Below are positions 35,739 to 49,400 of a stretch of DNA of 64,000 nucleotides, in pieces. The notes beneath the pieces were generated by a model that was given only the letters and a program-made list of their open reading frames with translations, did no database searches and was not told the DNA's origin. The position numbers were made by a program, and so were the translations under genes. The DNA is from Macrostomum lignano (taxonomy: Eukaryota), in contig NIVC01002011.1 in assembly GCA_002269645.1 (NCBI GenBank), positions 149,505 to 213,504 of the forward strand, written 5' to 3'. Numbering within the stretch: the first letter of the stretch is position 1; the number at the start of each line of letters is the position of its first letter.

Positions 35739-36225
35739 GTCCATCGGTCTCAGAATAGAATCAAGTGTATCTATAGAGTTTCAGTATAGAGTTAAAACAG
35801 AGTATAACGGAGTTTAAATATTTAAACTAAACTCCAAGTCGATCCCGCCTTATCTTTAGAGCACAAATTTAACCACCCTGTCTTAAATTACACCTGCAGT
35901 CATGGAATACTAGACTTCCATGGAACGACTGATAAAGTGCTGGCCTCTGAACTTTGCCAGTTTAATAAGCATTCAGTAACTTACGAGAGTAGAGTTGCGC
36001 AGTCAAAATGGAAAATTCGCTGTGAATAATGACGTAAAATTACGCTCGTAAGATTAACGAAACACATGCACGTTCAACCGTTCATTAGAGGACTGCTCCT
36101 TTGAAAGATAGTCTCCTGCTCAGATTTTCATTCCCGTACGTTTTCCAAGTCGACTCCAACAATAACAGGCAGACGAAACCCGAGCTCGTGAAGGCGTATT
36201 CAGCATGCCAGTAAAGTACACGTAT

Positions 36226-39200
36226 GAGACAGACCAGGCCTATGGACTAAGGTCTGCGATGCTCCACGCCTGCCCCTATCTTTAGCAGGTAAAGGCTGGT
36301 GGGAGGTCTGCACCCTCTATTTGCCTCCGGCAGCCGCAGACCCCCACGCTGTCTCGCAAGTCGACCGAAGGGTACTCGTCCCCGCGTATGTTCAAGCGAG
36401 ACCCTAGGGCTGCTGGACAGTCTGGGCTCCGGCTCTGGTTAACCATCCAGTGGTTTTGGCGGAACTTGGGTTTGCTGGTCTGGCTCGCCAGTCCGCAGGT
36501 CATGGTACTGCTTAACGTACCCTCTTAATGCCTAAGGTGTTTGACCGCGCCGATGGGCTAGAAGGCCGGGAGTAGTCCGGTCGCTAGCGGTCCTCCTTTT
36601 TTGTTCCTTTCTTCTCTTCCTTGTGACTTGCTCACTCCTTTCCGCTTTCACGCTGCAACGAGCGGCGACGACGACACGACAGGGAGGCTGCGGGCTGGCC
36701 ACCTGCGGAGGGGGAACCTCAGAGGGTGAGGCTACTGCTGTTGAGCTGAAAGGAGCCATAGCAACCCTTGCCTCCCACCCCCCCTTAGGAAACACCCCCA
36801 GCTGGTGTGCCACCCAGCAAACCTTCCATCAGCGCAGTCGGGCCTTCGGGAGCCGGTGGAGGAGCAGGACCTTACTGCCGATCAACTCGACAGTACCTGG
36901 CGCACCATCAACGCAGCGCTTATTGACCAGCTCCTGGCAGGCCGCTCCGTGGGTGTAGTCAGATCAGCCAAAACCGACGGCTACATTTTCATCTGTTGCA
37001 ACTCGGAGGAGAGCAGCCGCAGTCTACGCGAGCTTCTACCGAAACAGGCCTAAGAAGCTCGGCAAACTCGTCTTCGTTAGCGAGGGCAAGCGACAAAAGA
37101 CCCTGCGCTTTCGCGTATCCCGGCCGGCAGTGCCATTTAGTACCATTGTCCTGCTGAAGCTGCATCCTGACCTCGAGGTCAACGGGCTCCTACACCACGC
37201 CACTTCCGGCAAGGAGAAGGGGGCCACTGTGATCTTAGGGCTCTCTCACGATTGGGCTAAGCGCTTGCCGCCTAAGTCCACGATCCATCTTGGTCTGACT
37301 CAGCTGACCATACTCCGTTGCGAGGAGCGAAAAGCTGACGAAGCATGCTGAGGCTTCTGAAACCGGAACTGGGGCCCAGGCACCTCCGACAAAGAAGCTG
37401 AGACAAGCGGCTGACCCCAGCCCGGAAAGGCAGTCCGCGCTGCTGAAACCGGCAGCCGAAACCGCAGACCTGCCAGGAGCACCCGAAGGTCGGGTCTGAT
37501 TCATCGCGCGCTGGACCAGGCCAGGAGCCTCCGGGCGCATCTTGAACGGGTCCGCACTTCTCGCGCTCCCAACAGCCAGAAGGTCGGGCTGAAAGCGGGG
37601 AGGCGCTGACTGACTGGTTCGAGGCTGTCACTCACTAGAAGGCTGGCGTCACCCGCATCGACCTGACCAACGAGGCGGAGGGTCTGGGTAGTGACGGCAC
37701 CGAAGCACGTAGGGGAGGCGACGGTTACGTCCACGCTGGGCTCACGCCCGGGGAGGACTCCACAGCCACCCTGACTGCCGAGGACGCTGAAACTCGCATT
37801 GGAGGTCTGCGGGCCAACCAGCTCTGAAAAGGAGGATGACCTGCTCCACGATTCCCCAACTGTGAAAATGATCAGCAGCCAGGGACTCCGGTGTTTTCAG
37901 ATCAATCTGCAGCACTGCGTCACAGCCTCTGTCAACATTATGCGTTATGCCGAGTTCGACATGCCGGGGCTCATCCTCGTCTGGGAACCCTGGACCCTCA
38001 AAAGTAAGCCTCAGAACGCCGGCACGTCCACGGATAACCCACGGGAAACGCTTGATATAATTCTTTCTGAGTTTTTCCCTAACGAGCCGGCTAACCGACC
38101 ACCCCGGATCACTCTGAGGGAGGTCACGCGCTCGCTGCCTCTATCATCACGAAGAACCGCATCGTTAAAGCAGCTACCTCATTCAAGCTCGTCAAAGCTC
38201 CAGGACCTAACGGTATTGTACCTGCTTCTCCTAAGAGGGGCGGTTAAATGCCCAGGCTTCCTGCGTAAACTTTGCAGCCTTTTACGGGCATGCATCACGC
38301 TTGGATGCGTCCCACGGGCTTGGACCGTGGCAAAGGTGATTTTCATCCCTAAGCCAGGCCTACCATGACTACCATTCTATCAAATCCTTCAGACCGATCA
38401 GCCTGACCTCCTCCCTGGTCAAGCTGATGGAGAGACTGGTGCTTTGGCGCCTTCTCTCTGTGGAGCTGAAGAACAAGCCTCTCAGCGAGAACCAGCACGC
38501 TTTTCGGGAGGGTCGCTCCACCGAAAGCGCGCTGCACGTCCTGGACGGTAAACGTGAGAAGGCTATGCTTGGAAACGGCTTCACTCTGGGGATCTTCCTT
38601 GATATCATCGGCGCCTTTGATAACGTTCCCTTCGAGGCGTTCCTGAGAGCCCTCTGTGAGAGGAAAACGCACTCGGCATCTCACCAGGTGGAATATGTAC
38701 ATTATCAGCCATCGCACGGCCACTGCCAGTTTGCTGGGCTACCAGAGGACGGTCCTCGTCTGCAAAGATAGCCCGCAAGGTGGGATGCTGACTCCAGTTC
38801 TATGGAATATGGTCATCGATGAGCTCCTTCCGGATACTCGGCCTGACTCGGCCTGAAAGTAGGATATGCGGACGATGTCGCCGCGTTGGCATCTGGTCCG
38901 TCCCCTGACACCCTCAGGGACTTCCTCCAGAATTTCATTTGCGCCCCTGAGCAATGGGTGGATCGTTGCGGTCTAAAACTCTCTGAGACTAAGACCGCAG
39001 CGATCATGTTCACCAGTAGGACAACGTGGCAAATTCGGCCGCTCACGCTTTACGAGAAATCCCCTTCTGCAAGCAGACTAAATGTTTTGGGATTACCCTA
39101 AACCTCAGGCTGAACTGGTCACCTCACATTCAGACAAAAGCCAAGAGGGCCCTCGCAGTTCTCACGCAGCTGAGCAGGGCCGTCGGCACCACCTGGGGGC

Positions 39201-40530
39201 TCACCCCAAGCGCCTCTGGTGGATCTACACTGTAATGGTTAGGCCTGCAATCTTGTACGGCGGCCTGATCTGGGCTAGCGCCCTGCAGATGAAGAGCGCA
39301 AGGGCGCGCATGCCGCATGATCATGAGCGCCCCCGTCTTCTCCTTACGATGGCCTCAACGCCTTCCTCAACACCCCCGCTGGACATATTCGTCCGCAGTG
39401 AAGCTGCTTAGACTGCCCGCGGTCTGATTGACGCTGGCATTCGTTTCCTGCCCCATAGCGCCATGGCAAAGCGCAAGCTCCTGCCTCACACCGACCTCTG
39501 CCTCAAAGACTTGAGAGACGGCGGCGGGCTCCACGTCTTATCTGACGGTGGACCCGCACTCTCTTTCAGCGCCACAAGGTCACCATTCCCTCAAGGGGTG
39601 CTGCCACTGACTACTGGAATTTCCAAGAGGTCCACTATTACACGGACAGATCCATCAAAGACGGCTACGCCGGCTTTTGGGTCTGCATCATAATGAACAG
39701 TCGCGTCATTGCCACGCATGCCCAGCACACTGGCAGACTCTCCATGATCTTCCAGATAGATCAGACTCTGACCAGACCAGATCAGACCAGACCAGACTCT
39801 AGATCTAGATCAGAGCAGACTCTGACAGCCAAGCGTCCTTACAGGACCTTTGCTACACCACTACGAACTCCCGGACATTCGCTGACTGCGCCCGGCAGCT
39901 CAACCTCCTGGCCAGTAGCAATACTATCGGGCTGAAGTGGATCCCAGGTCACGCAGGGTTTCCGGAGAATCACCCTCGCCAAGAGGGTTGCTCTGGCTCC
40001 TTACTAGACCCGCAGCCCCTCGATCATCAATCGTCAGATCGATGCCTGGGCCGATTCCCTTCACAGGGACAGATAGGTGGGCTCCCAGACTGTTAGTCAT
40101 CACATGCTGCGATTCCGTGCACCTCTCACACGCAGACTCAGGAACATCCTCTGAACCAAAATGGGAAGGATATTCGCACCCTCGTCATGACCCTTACCGG
40201 CCATGGCTACCTCGCCAGGCACTGCGTCCTCCGAGGCGACCGAGTGAACTTTGCCCTTTTTGCGAATACGACAATGAAGTTGCTCAGCACTTTGTTTGTC
40301 ACTGCCCTTTCTTTACCAGAGACCGGCTACGCTACCTCGGGCCGAACCCGTCGGTTCGGGCATCCCACGGCTCATCCAGTTCCTTCTGGCGACAAGACGA
40401 CGAGACGCCTTCAGGGGCTAGCGGAATGGGCGACCCTCGCCTCCCCGCTGTGTCTATGGACACTTACTTGGCAGCTGAGTCAAAGTACGAGCTAAGTCAA
40501 TACCAAACCTGACAAAACGAAAAAATTGCC
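36226..40530 (+). mobile_element. Near full-length but degenerate LOA-clade non-LTR retrotransposon (leader, ORF1, deleted APE, RT, RNase H, Zn finger)
   Basis: APE start FQINLQHCVTAS...LVWEPW; RT FRPISLTSSLVKLMERL, FLDIIGAFDNV, PQGGMLTPVLWN, GYADD; RNase H YTDGSIKDG and LKWIPGHAG; C-terminal CPFCEYDNEVAQHFVCHCP. Many frameshifts; an accag microsatellite interrupts RNase H at ~39755-39830. Confidence 0.9.
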
Positions 40531-40899
40531 GAGCTGATTGAGTGGCAATTCTATGCTAATTGGCTGCTTGTTCACTGAATGAAGTTGCACTCTGGCTGTG
40601 GTTGTCTGTCTGAGCTGAGATTTTGTCATGATGCTGGACTCAACTAGTGAGTGCTTGTGATGACGTACAGTGTAGTTGTGTTGTGTGAGAGGGGTTGAGG
40701 GGAAGTGGGGTAGGATTGTTCTTTGTCGCGATGCGTCACCCATTGCTTGCTTGTTCGTTCCTTCCTTTTCCTTTTGCCCCTTTTGCTTTGCGTACATGTA
40801 TGAGAGACCCTCGAGGGTCTTTGTTGCTTGTGTACGGTGCTTGCTAAATATATAGAAGCAACTGGCTCTTTCGGGGCCTCAATCTTTCTTCCGCAGTAG

Positions 40900-41440
40900 A
40901 CACGGTCTACAAAAGTGCTGGCTTCCGGTGTCGCGCCTTCAACGCCTACACAATCCTGTCATCAAGATTGCACTCACACTGCGATAGTCTTTCGGGCGCG
41001 ACGCTGTACCCGTTGAAGACTATGAGCGCTGGTGTTGAAGCCGGCGCTGCTGGGCCCGCAGTTACTGCAGGCCGGGGTTGCTGCGGACCCGCACACCCCA
41101 GCCTCTGGCGTTTCCCGCTGTCGCCTGCCGTAGCAATCTCAGGCAATGCGGTCTTGTCGTGATGCTTGTTCTCACTCTGCAGGCTGCCAGCTGCTGCAAC
41201 TGGGAATTTTGTGCTCACCGATGCCTGCAGACTCTGCATAGTGTACCGCAGCTGCTGAACTTCGTTGGATTAACTCGTTTGGGGTTGCACCGCTCCTGCT
41301 GGGATGCTTGGCGAGCTGTGCTGCATCAGTAGCTGGGCTTTTTGAAGCGCTTGCTCTGAGGTCTACCAGCTTACAGATTCGGGAAGGCCGCAGACGAACT
41401 GATGGAACAGCAAAACCTCTTGAGCATCTTTTTTTTCCAC
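40900..41440 (-). mobile_element. LTR-retrotransposon gag-like remnant
   Basis: DAQEVLLFHQFVCGLPESV...QALQKAQLL resembles Gypsy gag capsid C-termini; contains stops. Confidence 0.4.
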
Positions 41441-41607
41441 AGAAGAGCTTTTAAACATCTTATTCAACTCATATAAGTACATGCGTAGAGTCTAATTCGA
41501 TAAGATCTTGGGTAAAATTGGGTCTTATCGCATTGGTTAGATTTAATCTTCAAAGAAACTTTACCAAAGTGCGTAAAAGCAAAGACAGGGGGTAGCCGAC
41601 GCACCAA

Positions 41608-41915
41608 GTCTATTAAAACTCATTTAGGAGCAGCTTATTGTCGGGCAATGCTTTAAAACTGCTCTCAGTTACCGCAAGGCAATCCTGTAAAAGTTGTTTG
41701 AAATTTGATAATGCACATTTGTTAAAAATAAGTGCCTGGGGCATGTGGGGCAGGTCGCGCGACCCTTTCCGTGCGGTGTGCTCGTCACTAGACTGCTGGG
41801 AAATTATTGCTAACGCATGAAAGTCACAGAGCTAGATCTCAAGAGTAGAATTACTCATCAAATTAAAAACCAAGGGTCAACTTTTGTGGAGATTTAAATT
41901 TTCGAGCTTGTGAAG
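41608..41915 (+). mobile_element. Second copy of the interspersed repeat at 24215-24560
   Basis: Colinear homology running directly into the 16-bp array. Confidence 0.75.
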
Positions 41916-42810
41916 AGTCGAGCTTGTGAAGATTGGAGCTTGTGAAGAGTCGAGCTTGTGAAGAGTCGAGCTTGTGAAGAGTCGAGCTTGTGAAGAGTCG
42001 AGCTTGTGAAGAGTCGAGCTTGTGAAGAGTCGAGCTTGTGAAGAGTCGAGCTTGTGAAGAGTCGAGCTTGTGAAGAGTCGAGCTTGTGAAGAGTCGAGCT
42101 TGTTAAGAGTCGAGCTTGTGAAGAGTCGAGCTTGTGAAGAGTCGAGCTTGTGAAGAGTCGAGCTTGAGAAGAGTCGAGCTTGTGAAGAGTCGAGCTTGTG
42201 AAGAGTCGAGCTTGTGAAGAGTCGAGCTTTTGAAGAGTCGAGCTTGTGAAGAGTCGAGTTTGTGAAGAGTCGAGCTTGTGAAAAGTCGAGCTTGTGAAGA
42301 GTCGAGCTTGTGAAGAGTCGAGCTTGTGAAGAGTCGAGCTTGTGAAGAGTCGAGCTTGAGAAGAGTCGAGCTTGTGAAGAGTCGAGCTTGTGAAGAGTCG
42401 AGCTTGAGAAGATTGGAGCTTGTGAAGAGTCGAGTTTGTGAAGAGTCGAGCTTGAGAAGAGTCGAGCTTGTGAAGAGTCGAGTTTGTGAAGAGTCGAGCT
42501 TGTGAAAAGTCGAGCTTGTGAAGAGTCGAGCTTGTGAAGAGTCGAGCTTGTGAAGAGTCGAGCTTGAGAAGAGTCGAGCTTGTGAAGAGTCGAGCTTGTG
42601 AAGAGTCGAGCTTGTGAAGAGTCGAGCTTGTGAAGAGTCGAGCTTGTGAAGAGTCGAGCTTGTGAAGAGTCGAGCTTGTGAAGAGTCGAGCTTGTGAAGA
42701 GTCGAGCTTGTGAAGAGTCGAGCTTGTGAAGAGTCGAGCTTGTGAAGAGTCGAGCTTGAGAAGAGTCGAGCTTGTGAAGATTCGAGTTTGTGAAGAGTCG
42801 AGTTTCTGAA
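41902..42810. repeat. 16-bp satellite (tcgagcttgtgaagag), about 56 copies
   Basis: Period 16; occasional variants (ttgagaag, gagtttgt, gattggag). Confidence 0.97.
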
Positions 42811-43473
42811 GGGTTCTGTATTTTTCTCTCTCCTTTTCCTCTCTCTGTCAATGGAGATTCCACAGCCGAACAGACTTGGTACCAGTTTAATTATGTAGAA
42901 CGCTTCGTGAATCGTACAAAAATCGCTTAAGAAGTTTTTTATACGAGTGTATATTTAAAATTTGAAATCTGTCGTCCCGATCGGCCGACTTCTTCGAGTA
43001 GGCTAGGCAGAATATTTTGAACAGATTTTGTGAAGCAAAGTTGTTTTGTTTTTCTTTGAAAAAATGGTAATAAGGTAAATTAAGATTATTAAAACACTTA
43101 AGTTTATGGGCAGTTTTCAGGGAAACCTGTTGCTTGTCAATTAATGTTCTTTGTTATAATCGAGTTTTTTCTGTAATCTTTGGAAAAATTCAATTGTCTT
43201 CGTATAGTATTTTCTTTTATTTTTTATTATACAACCAACAAGCAACATGGCCTGGTCCAATCTGTAGGAATCAGAATCTCAAAAAATCTCAAAACATATA
43301 AGCTATATAAAACTCACATCGTAGGAGCTGGCATATAGTCAATCCTCTCTCGATAGTTAAAAAACCAACTTGCAGGCAGCCAAAATAGAAATAGTTTTTG
43401 TGGTGAAAGTCAACAAAATATTAAGTACTTTTACACGGTTTGATATAAGCTACAGTCACGTGACAGCGCGGTA

Positions 43474-46400
43474 TTAATCATCGAGCTGGCAAAGCAGAGC
43501 GCAGCCTCGCTTCACCCAGTGCGACGGCTTCTCGGTGCAGTTGAGCAGGATTGGCAGCACAAAGTTGGTGCTGTGACCTGTGGTGGACAGAACGCCTCGC
43601 CTCTCGGAGGTCTTGTATACCGGGCAGGTGTACCGATTTGAATTCTCGTCAATCTCTTCTCGTTTCATCGGTCGAAGCCAGATTACTGGCACGTGATCGT
43701 ACAGAATCTTTGGCAGTTGCTCGGCTAGGCAATTTCTGAATTGAATTAGAAGGGTCGGGACCATAGACAGTGTAAAAAGCTGAACTGAGGGGTCGGGACC
43801 ATAGACAGTGTAAAAAGCTGGACTAAGGGGTCGGGACCATAGACAGTGTAAAAAGCTGGACTAAGGGGTCGGGACCATAGATAGTGTAAAAAGCTAGAGT
43901 GAGGGATCGGGACCATAGACAGTGTAAAAAGCTGGACTGAGGGGTCGGGACCATGGACAGTGTAAAAAGCTGGACTGAGGGGTCGGGACCATAGACAGTG
44001 TGGACAGTTGGTCTAAAAAATTCTCTGGAAAGATTTTTAAGCGCACAGTATTTAATGGGGTTTTACCATAGACTATTTAAGGACGAGAACAATCCGTGCA
44101 GTAAAAATACACGAGGGAGATGGGAACGAGTACTGTAACATATAATCCATCTATAATATATTGTAAGCAACTTATTTTTTGACGCCATCTTCATATATTT
44201 CTATCTCAACTTTTTTGTCTACTTGATCGCTAAACTACTAGTAAGTACTATTTAAGGGTATAAGCTGAAGTTTAATCCTAGATTATAATTACAAAAATCC
44301 GGTTGCTGCTAGAGAACTGTATTAGGTATCGCCTACTAAAGAGTAGCTCGAAGTACGAAGTACGAAAGAAGCCAATATTTTATATTTTGAGCAAATATCA
44401 AGCGCACAGAACTTCAAACAAGTGTATTTATAGGTGAAGACCAGCTGACGAAGAGTAAAGACTCAAAAAAGCAGTCCTGGCCTTTGAGTTTGGAGTTCTA
44501 ATCCCGGACCCCGGTTGTAGAAGATCCTAAACTTTTTTGCAGAGTTTACTTATTGCAACAGACTAAAATTTTGTGATAGAAGCAGTTACTAAAATATTTG
44601 ATTTATTTTTGTTATAATCTGCAGCTACTTTCTTTTTTATGACCATTAAAATCTACTAGCATCCCGGACTCACCTGTCTCGATCCCACCTGGCCCCGTCC
44701 AGGTAAAGTCCAATAACGTAGGCGCCATCCTTCGGCGCGGTGGACATGCTGTCCACGGCCAGCACCTGGAAGTCGAAGCCGAGCAAGTCGATGGGGATGG
44801 TGTACTTCCTAGCGTAGTTCTGCGTCACACCCGTCAGGAAGGCCTGCGTGAAGAAGAAGCCAGCGATCCAAAACACCGCCGGCTTGTCCTCGTCGTACCA
44901 CTTCTTGAGGAACTTCAGGCGCTCCAGCAGGTCGTTGATGTAGCTGCCCAGCGGCTTGAGGCTCGGGTAGGAGGCGCGCATCCACAGGGCCGGCACCTTG
45001 CCCACCGCCAGGCTGCCGCCGAGGGCCTCGAGGTCGGCGTTCATCACCACCAGACCCTTGATGGCCTTCTCCAGGGACTGCAGCGAGGAGCGGACCGTGC
45101 CAACCAGCTTGTTGAATCGCTCCATCTCCTGGGTGAGCACGGTGTTCATGCTCTCCGTGTACACCACCGGGAACTTGCGAACCGCCGCCTCGAGGTCAAA
45201 GTTTGGCGGTAGCTTCTTCAGAATGTCGGTGGCGATCTCGTTCAGGTAGGAGTCGCTCTGGCCGGCCTTGCTCGATCCCGCCTGACCGAGGGTGAGCAGC
45301 ACCGAGTCGAACAGGCCGCGCGTCTCCTGCAGCTCCCGGCTGATGTCAACATTCTCGTGCATACCGAACACCTCCGGGTGCTGGTAGGCCGGCAGCTTCT
45401 TGATGAACTCCAGGTAGTCGGCGTAGTCCATCTTGTTGGGGATGTAGTAGTTGCCGGATGGGCTCAGCTTGTACTTCTGCTCGGTGACCACGCCGGGGTT
45501 GTAGAAGTCGGCCAGGATCGTCATGAGGCAGCGCCTGTCGCGGTCGTCGGTGACGCGGCCGCCATAGTTGCACTCGCCAGTCAGGTAGGTGATGGCGTCG
45601 TAGGGCACCTGCTCGTACTCGTTGACGAACATGCGCAGTTGGCGCACGGAGATGCTCAAGTCAGAGTCGTTGAAGCCGTAGGGGATATTCCAGCCCATCG
45701 GGCCGAACTTCCGGCGCTCCTGCACCAGCGCGTGGAAGAAGCAGAGGCTGTACAGCAGCTTCTCGAACGTGGCCTCTTTGCCGGGGCAGCCGTTGAAGAA
45801 TGATGGGTCAGAGATGGGATCGTTGAGGTACGACTGCAGCAGGTTCTGCCGCAGGCCGGTCGGCGGCTCGTTGGTCATCTTGACGCCGTTCTGCAGCACC
45901 GTGACGGGGAACTTCGGACTCGGGTAGCTGGTGAGCCACAGGCGGAAGTCCTGATGCGTGTTCTCCCTGGCCAGCCACTCCTCGCAGATCTTCTCCAGCT
46001 CGCCCATCCAGCTGACGGCCAGGTGACAGTTCTGCAGCATGATCCAGCTGCCATCCTCCATGGCCTTCTCAATCTTCCTGGCCGCGATGGGTCCCTGGCC
46101 CTGGCCGAGCGAGATCGAATCGAACTTGTTCCCGCTGAAGCCCATGTCGTCCACGAATTTCAGCAGCGCCATGGTGGGATCCGCGCCCGGCGACAGCACA
46201 AAAATCATCGGCACATCGCGGCGCGAGTCCTGATAGGAGCGGCTCAGATCGAACGGCGGCGGCTCCACGAATTTTGGGCCGAGCTTCTCTCTGACGTACT
46301 GCGTCACCATTGGGATGATCTTGTCTGGCCGGATGCAGCGGACCACGATGATGCGCTTGAACTCGTCCAGCTTGGTGTGCCACGGCTCGGGCAGGGTCGC

Positions 46401-49400
46401 CTCGTGCGGATCTTTGCTCTCGTAGAACTGCTTCCATTCGGAGATGTGGTCGCAGAAGTGTTGCCTGGAAAATTAACAGAAGTGGCTGTGTGCTCTCCAG
46501 GCCTTGCCCACCGGATTTTGACCAGCTGCCCCGATTCCATAGGTAAAGATCTTCGTTGGATTACCTGAAGATACGCTCCAGGAACACCTGTTTCCAGCTA
46601 TACCTGAGTGATCAGCACACCAGTTTCCAGCTATACCTGAGTGATCAGCACACCAGTTTCCAGCTATACCTGAGTGATCAGCACACCTGTTTCCAGCTAT
46701 ACCTGAGTGATCAGCACACACCTGCACGGAGTTACCCGGGTTCACCCGTTCTCACCTGAATCCCTTGAACGCGGGCAGGTCAGACATGCGGCAGATTTCG
46801 TCCCAGCTCTTTTCGGACAGCCAGGACGGGTCCGGATTGGGCAGCTTGTTCTCCAGTCCGACTCCGCCAGTGAGGAGGAACAGCAGCTCCTTCTCGTCAA
46901 GTTCGCCTCGAGCACTGCAAAATGGGTTTTGAGCAATGGCGATGACTAGAGCAGTTCCAAATGTTCTGGTACTAGTGAATCAACCATATTGATTGCGTGA
47001 TTGTGTGAATCAAGCTCTGATTTTCTTGCTTTTTCAATCTCTCTACCAAAGTGCTTGAAGTATACTACTTACAATAGAGCATTAAATAGACTGTGAATAT
47101 TTTTTTGTTTACAAAACTTAGGCAATTGTGATATAAAGTGTTTTATACAAACTAGCCGATAAATTTGATTGCAAAACAACTGTACCGGAAAGGTGACATG
47201 AAGCACTGCAATCGGTAATGTGCTTAACAAAAGATCCAATTAAAAATAATAAAAAAGAGCAACAAAAGCTCAGATTAGTCCTCACAGCGCAGTGTTATAG
47301 TGGCAGGTTGGATAAGTATAGCATGGACAGTGGCTGGAGCAGCGAAGAGACAGAACTATTTTAACTCGGAAGAAGAAGAAGAAGTATTTCAAAATAGTCT
47401 AAATTAGCTTGCCAAGCTTCATTAGACCGGGGGTTGGGGCTGAACTTACGACATGAGCTGGGTGGTCATTAGAAATGAGAATAGCAGCTTATCGGTGGCA
47501 AATAGCGACCGACAGACATTAGTATAGAGCGATATGGTGAAGTGCTCAATCAGATAGCGGATTCGCTTCTCCAGAATGCGGCTCTTATTACTGAAATGAC
47601 GGTGGAAAGCGTTGGCCAGGCGGGCTGGCGCTACTAAGCTACTAATAGTTAGTTAAATAGCAAATTAATCACTGTTAGTAAGCGTATATTATATACATAA
47701 TTATTGATTAATAGCCGTGGTTAATTGTTATTAATAATAATAAAATCAATCAATGCTAGATTAGCGGGACCGCAATCATATTGCCGAAATCGATTCGGCC
47801 TCAGAGCTTTCGTCATCATAATCCATATCTACGAGCTGGGATTATGAACTCGATCTCACATCACTAAATTGGTGCAGAGCTTTAATGAGAAAAGCAGCTT
47901 GTCCTTGGCGAACAGGGAGCGGCACACATTCTCGTACAGATTGTACTGAAAATGGTCCTTCAGGTAGCGAATGCGGCGCTCCAGAATCTTTGACTTGTTG
48001 CTGAAAATTATTTTAACTAATTGTTTTAACTTCGTGATGGATTGAATGCACGACTTTATTACATATTGTGAGTTAAATTTATGCATCTTTCAGTGACGCG
48101 TACATTTGGGAAAAAGTGATGCAAACGATAAAATTAAATATAAGTTATGCATGATGTATGATACTCGTAGTAATACTAAAGCACTGAAATATACATGATA
48201 GGCATCGCGTGAGAGAAGTTGACTGATCTGACAGCCAATCAGCTTGAGTGGAGTGAGGTGGGTGCCCATGAGAGGTAGAAAACGACTAGGCATCATTTTT
48301 CCAGCCAATCAGCATCACGTTTGTAGACTAGAACTCTCTAGCCAATATTGTGTGAGGAAAGGAGGAGCTTCAAAGGAGGCAATAAAATCACCAATATTCT
48401 CACCTTTCATTGATGGAGCTGATGTAAAGGTTGACAAACCAGATCAGCGAGTACTGGTACATCGGATCAATGTTAGGCAGATCCGTGATCGAGAAGAACA
48501 GTATCGATGAGTGGTTTGCAATTGGCGCGTAGTCCATGCGGGCCGCATCAATTTTCTCTTGAGTTTTCTCTGCCACCTAAATTAAATATCAAATGTGCAG
48601 TTAGTATAAAAATTCACTAGCGACATAGGACTTGTGCTGATTTTATCACTAATATAATGTATTGATTAGCAATTTCTTAACTTCTAGACTTCCGCAGATA
48701 AGTTTAAGATTTAGGGCCATCTTAAACGTGCTATTCAGCTGCATGCTAACCGTAACCAACTCTGTTTAACTTTTGCAGTAGTGATGGTGGCGAATGCGCT
48801 AGGCCACTAGGCTAGCGACATAGTATAAGTGTACATGCTTGAAAGCACCGCCTCACCTTCTGCTTCTTCTGAATGTCGTCGGACAAGATCTTGGAAGAGT
48901 CGAGAATCTGGATGGCGCTCTCGTTCTCCAGGATGTTGCCTTCGGCCTCGGCCAGAGTGGCCAGAATCTTGTCCTCGATCTCTTTCAGCTGGCGCCGGTT
49001 CTGCGCAGTCATCTTAATCAGCGACTGCCGCTCCTCCTCCAGGTCCGGCCTAGCGGGATTGATTTGAATTGGAAAATGCGTTTGAGCCTACTGATAGTAG
49101 AATTCACAGTAATCAGCCATAGCTAGCTAAAACAGGTGTGTCTAAACCACCACTCACTTCTCCTTAGCAACCACGATGCCAAGCAGCTGGTCCTCCAGAC
49201 CCTCCGGCGTGATCATGAAGTTCAGAAGGGACACCTTCACGGCGATCTCCGGTAGGTAGTGCGGGTTCCTCAGCTTTGTGGTGATGAAGAACTTGAAATC
49301 TTTCGAGTATTCGATGGTGGTTTCGCCCAGACGGATCATGTCGACTCCACCTAGAGGGATTCGATCATTTTTAAAGTATAACTAACTGCAATAAATGTTC

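Noticed and set aside
36226-36440. Canonical HDV-like ribozyme call
   Set aside because: P3/L3/P1' order could not be satisfied in both copies; kept only as an unclassified structured leader.
9012-40530. LOA elements flanking the XDH pair as mediators of the duplication
   Set aside because: Unequal crossover would leave a hybrid copy between the paralogs; none is present, and the two elements are well diverged.
41877-42863. 328-aa repetitive ORF (ARLFTSSTLHKLDSSQ)n
   Set aside because: Translation of three 16-bp satellite units per 16 aa; no evidence it is a gene.
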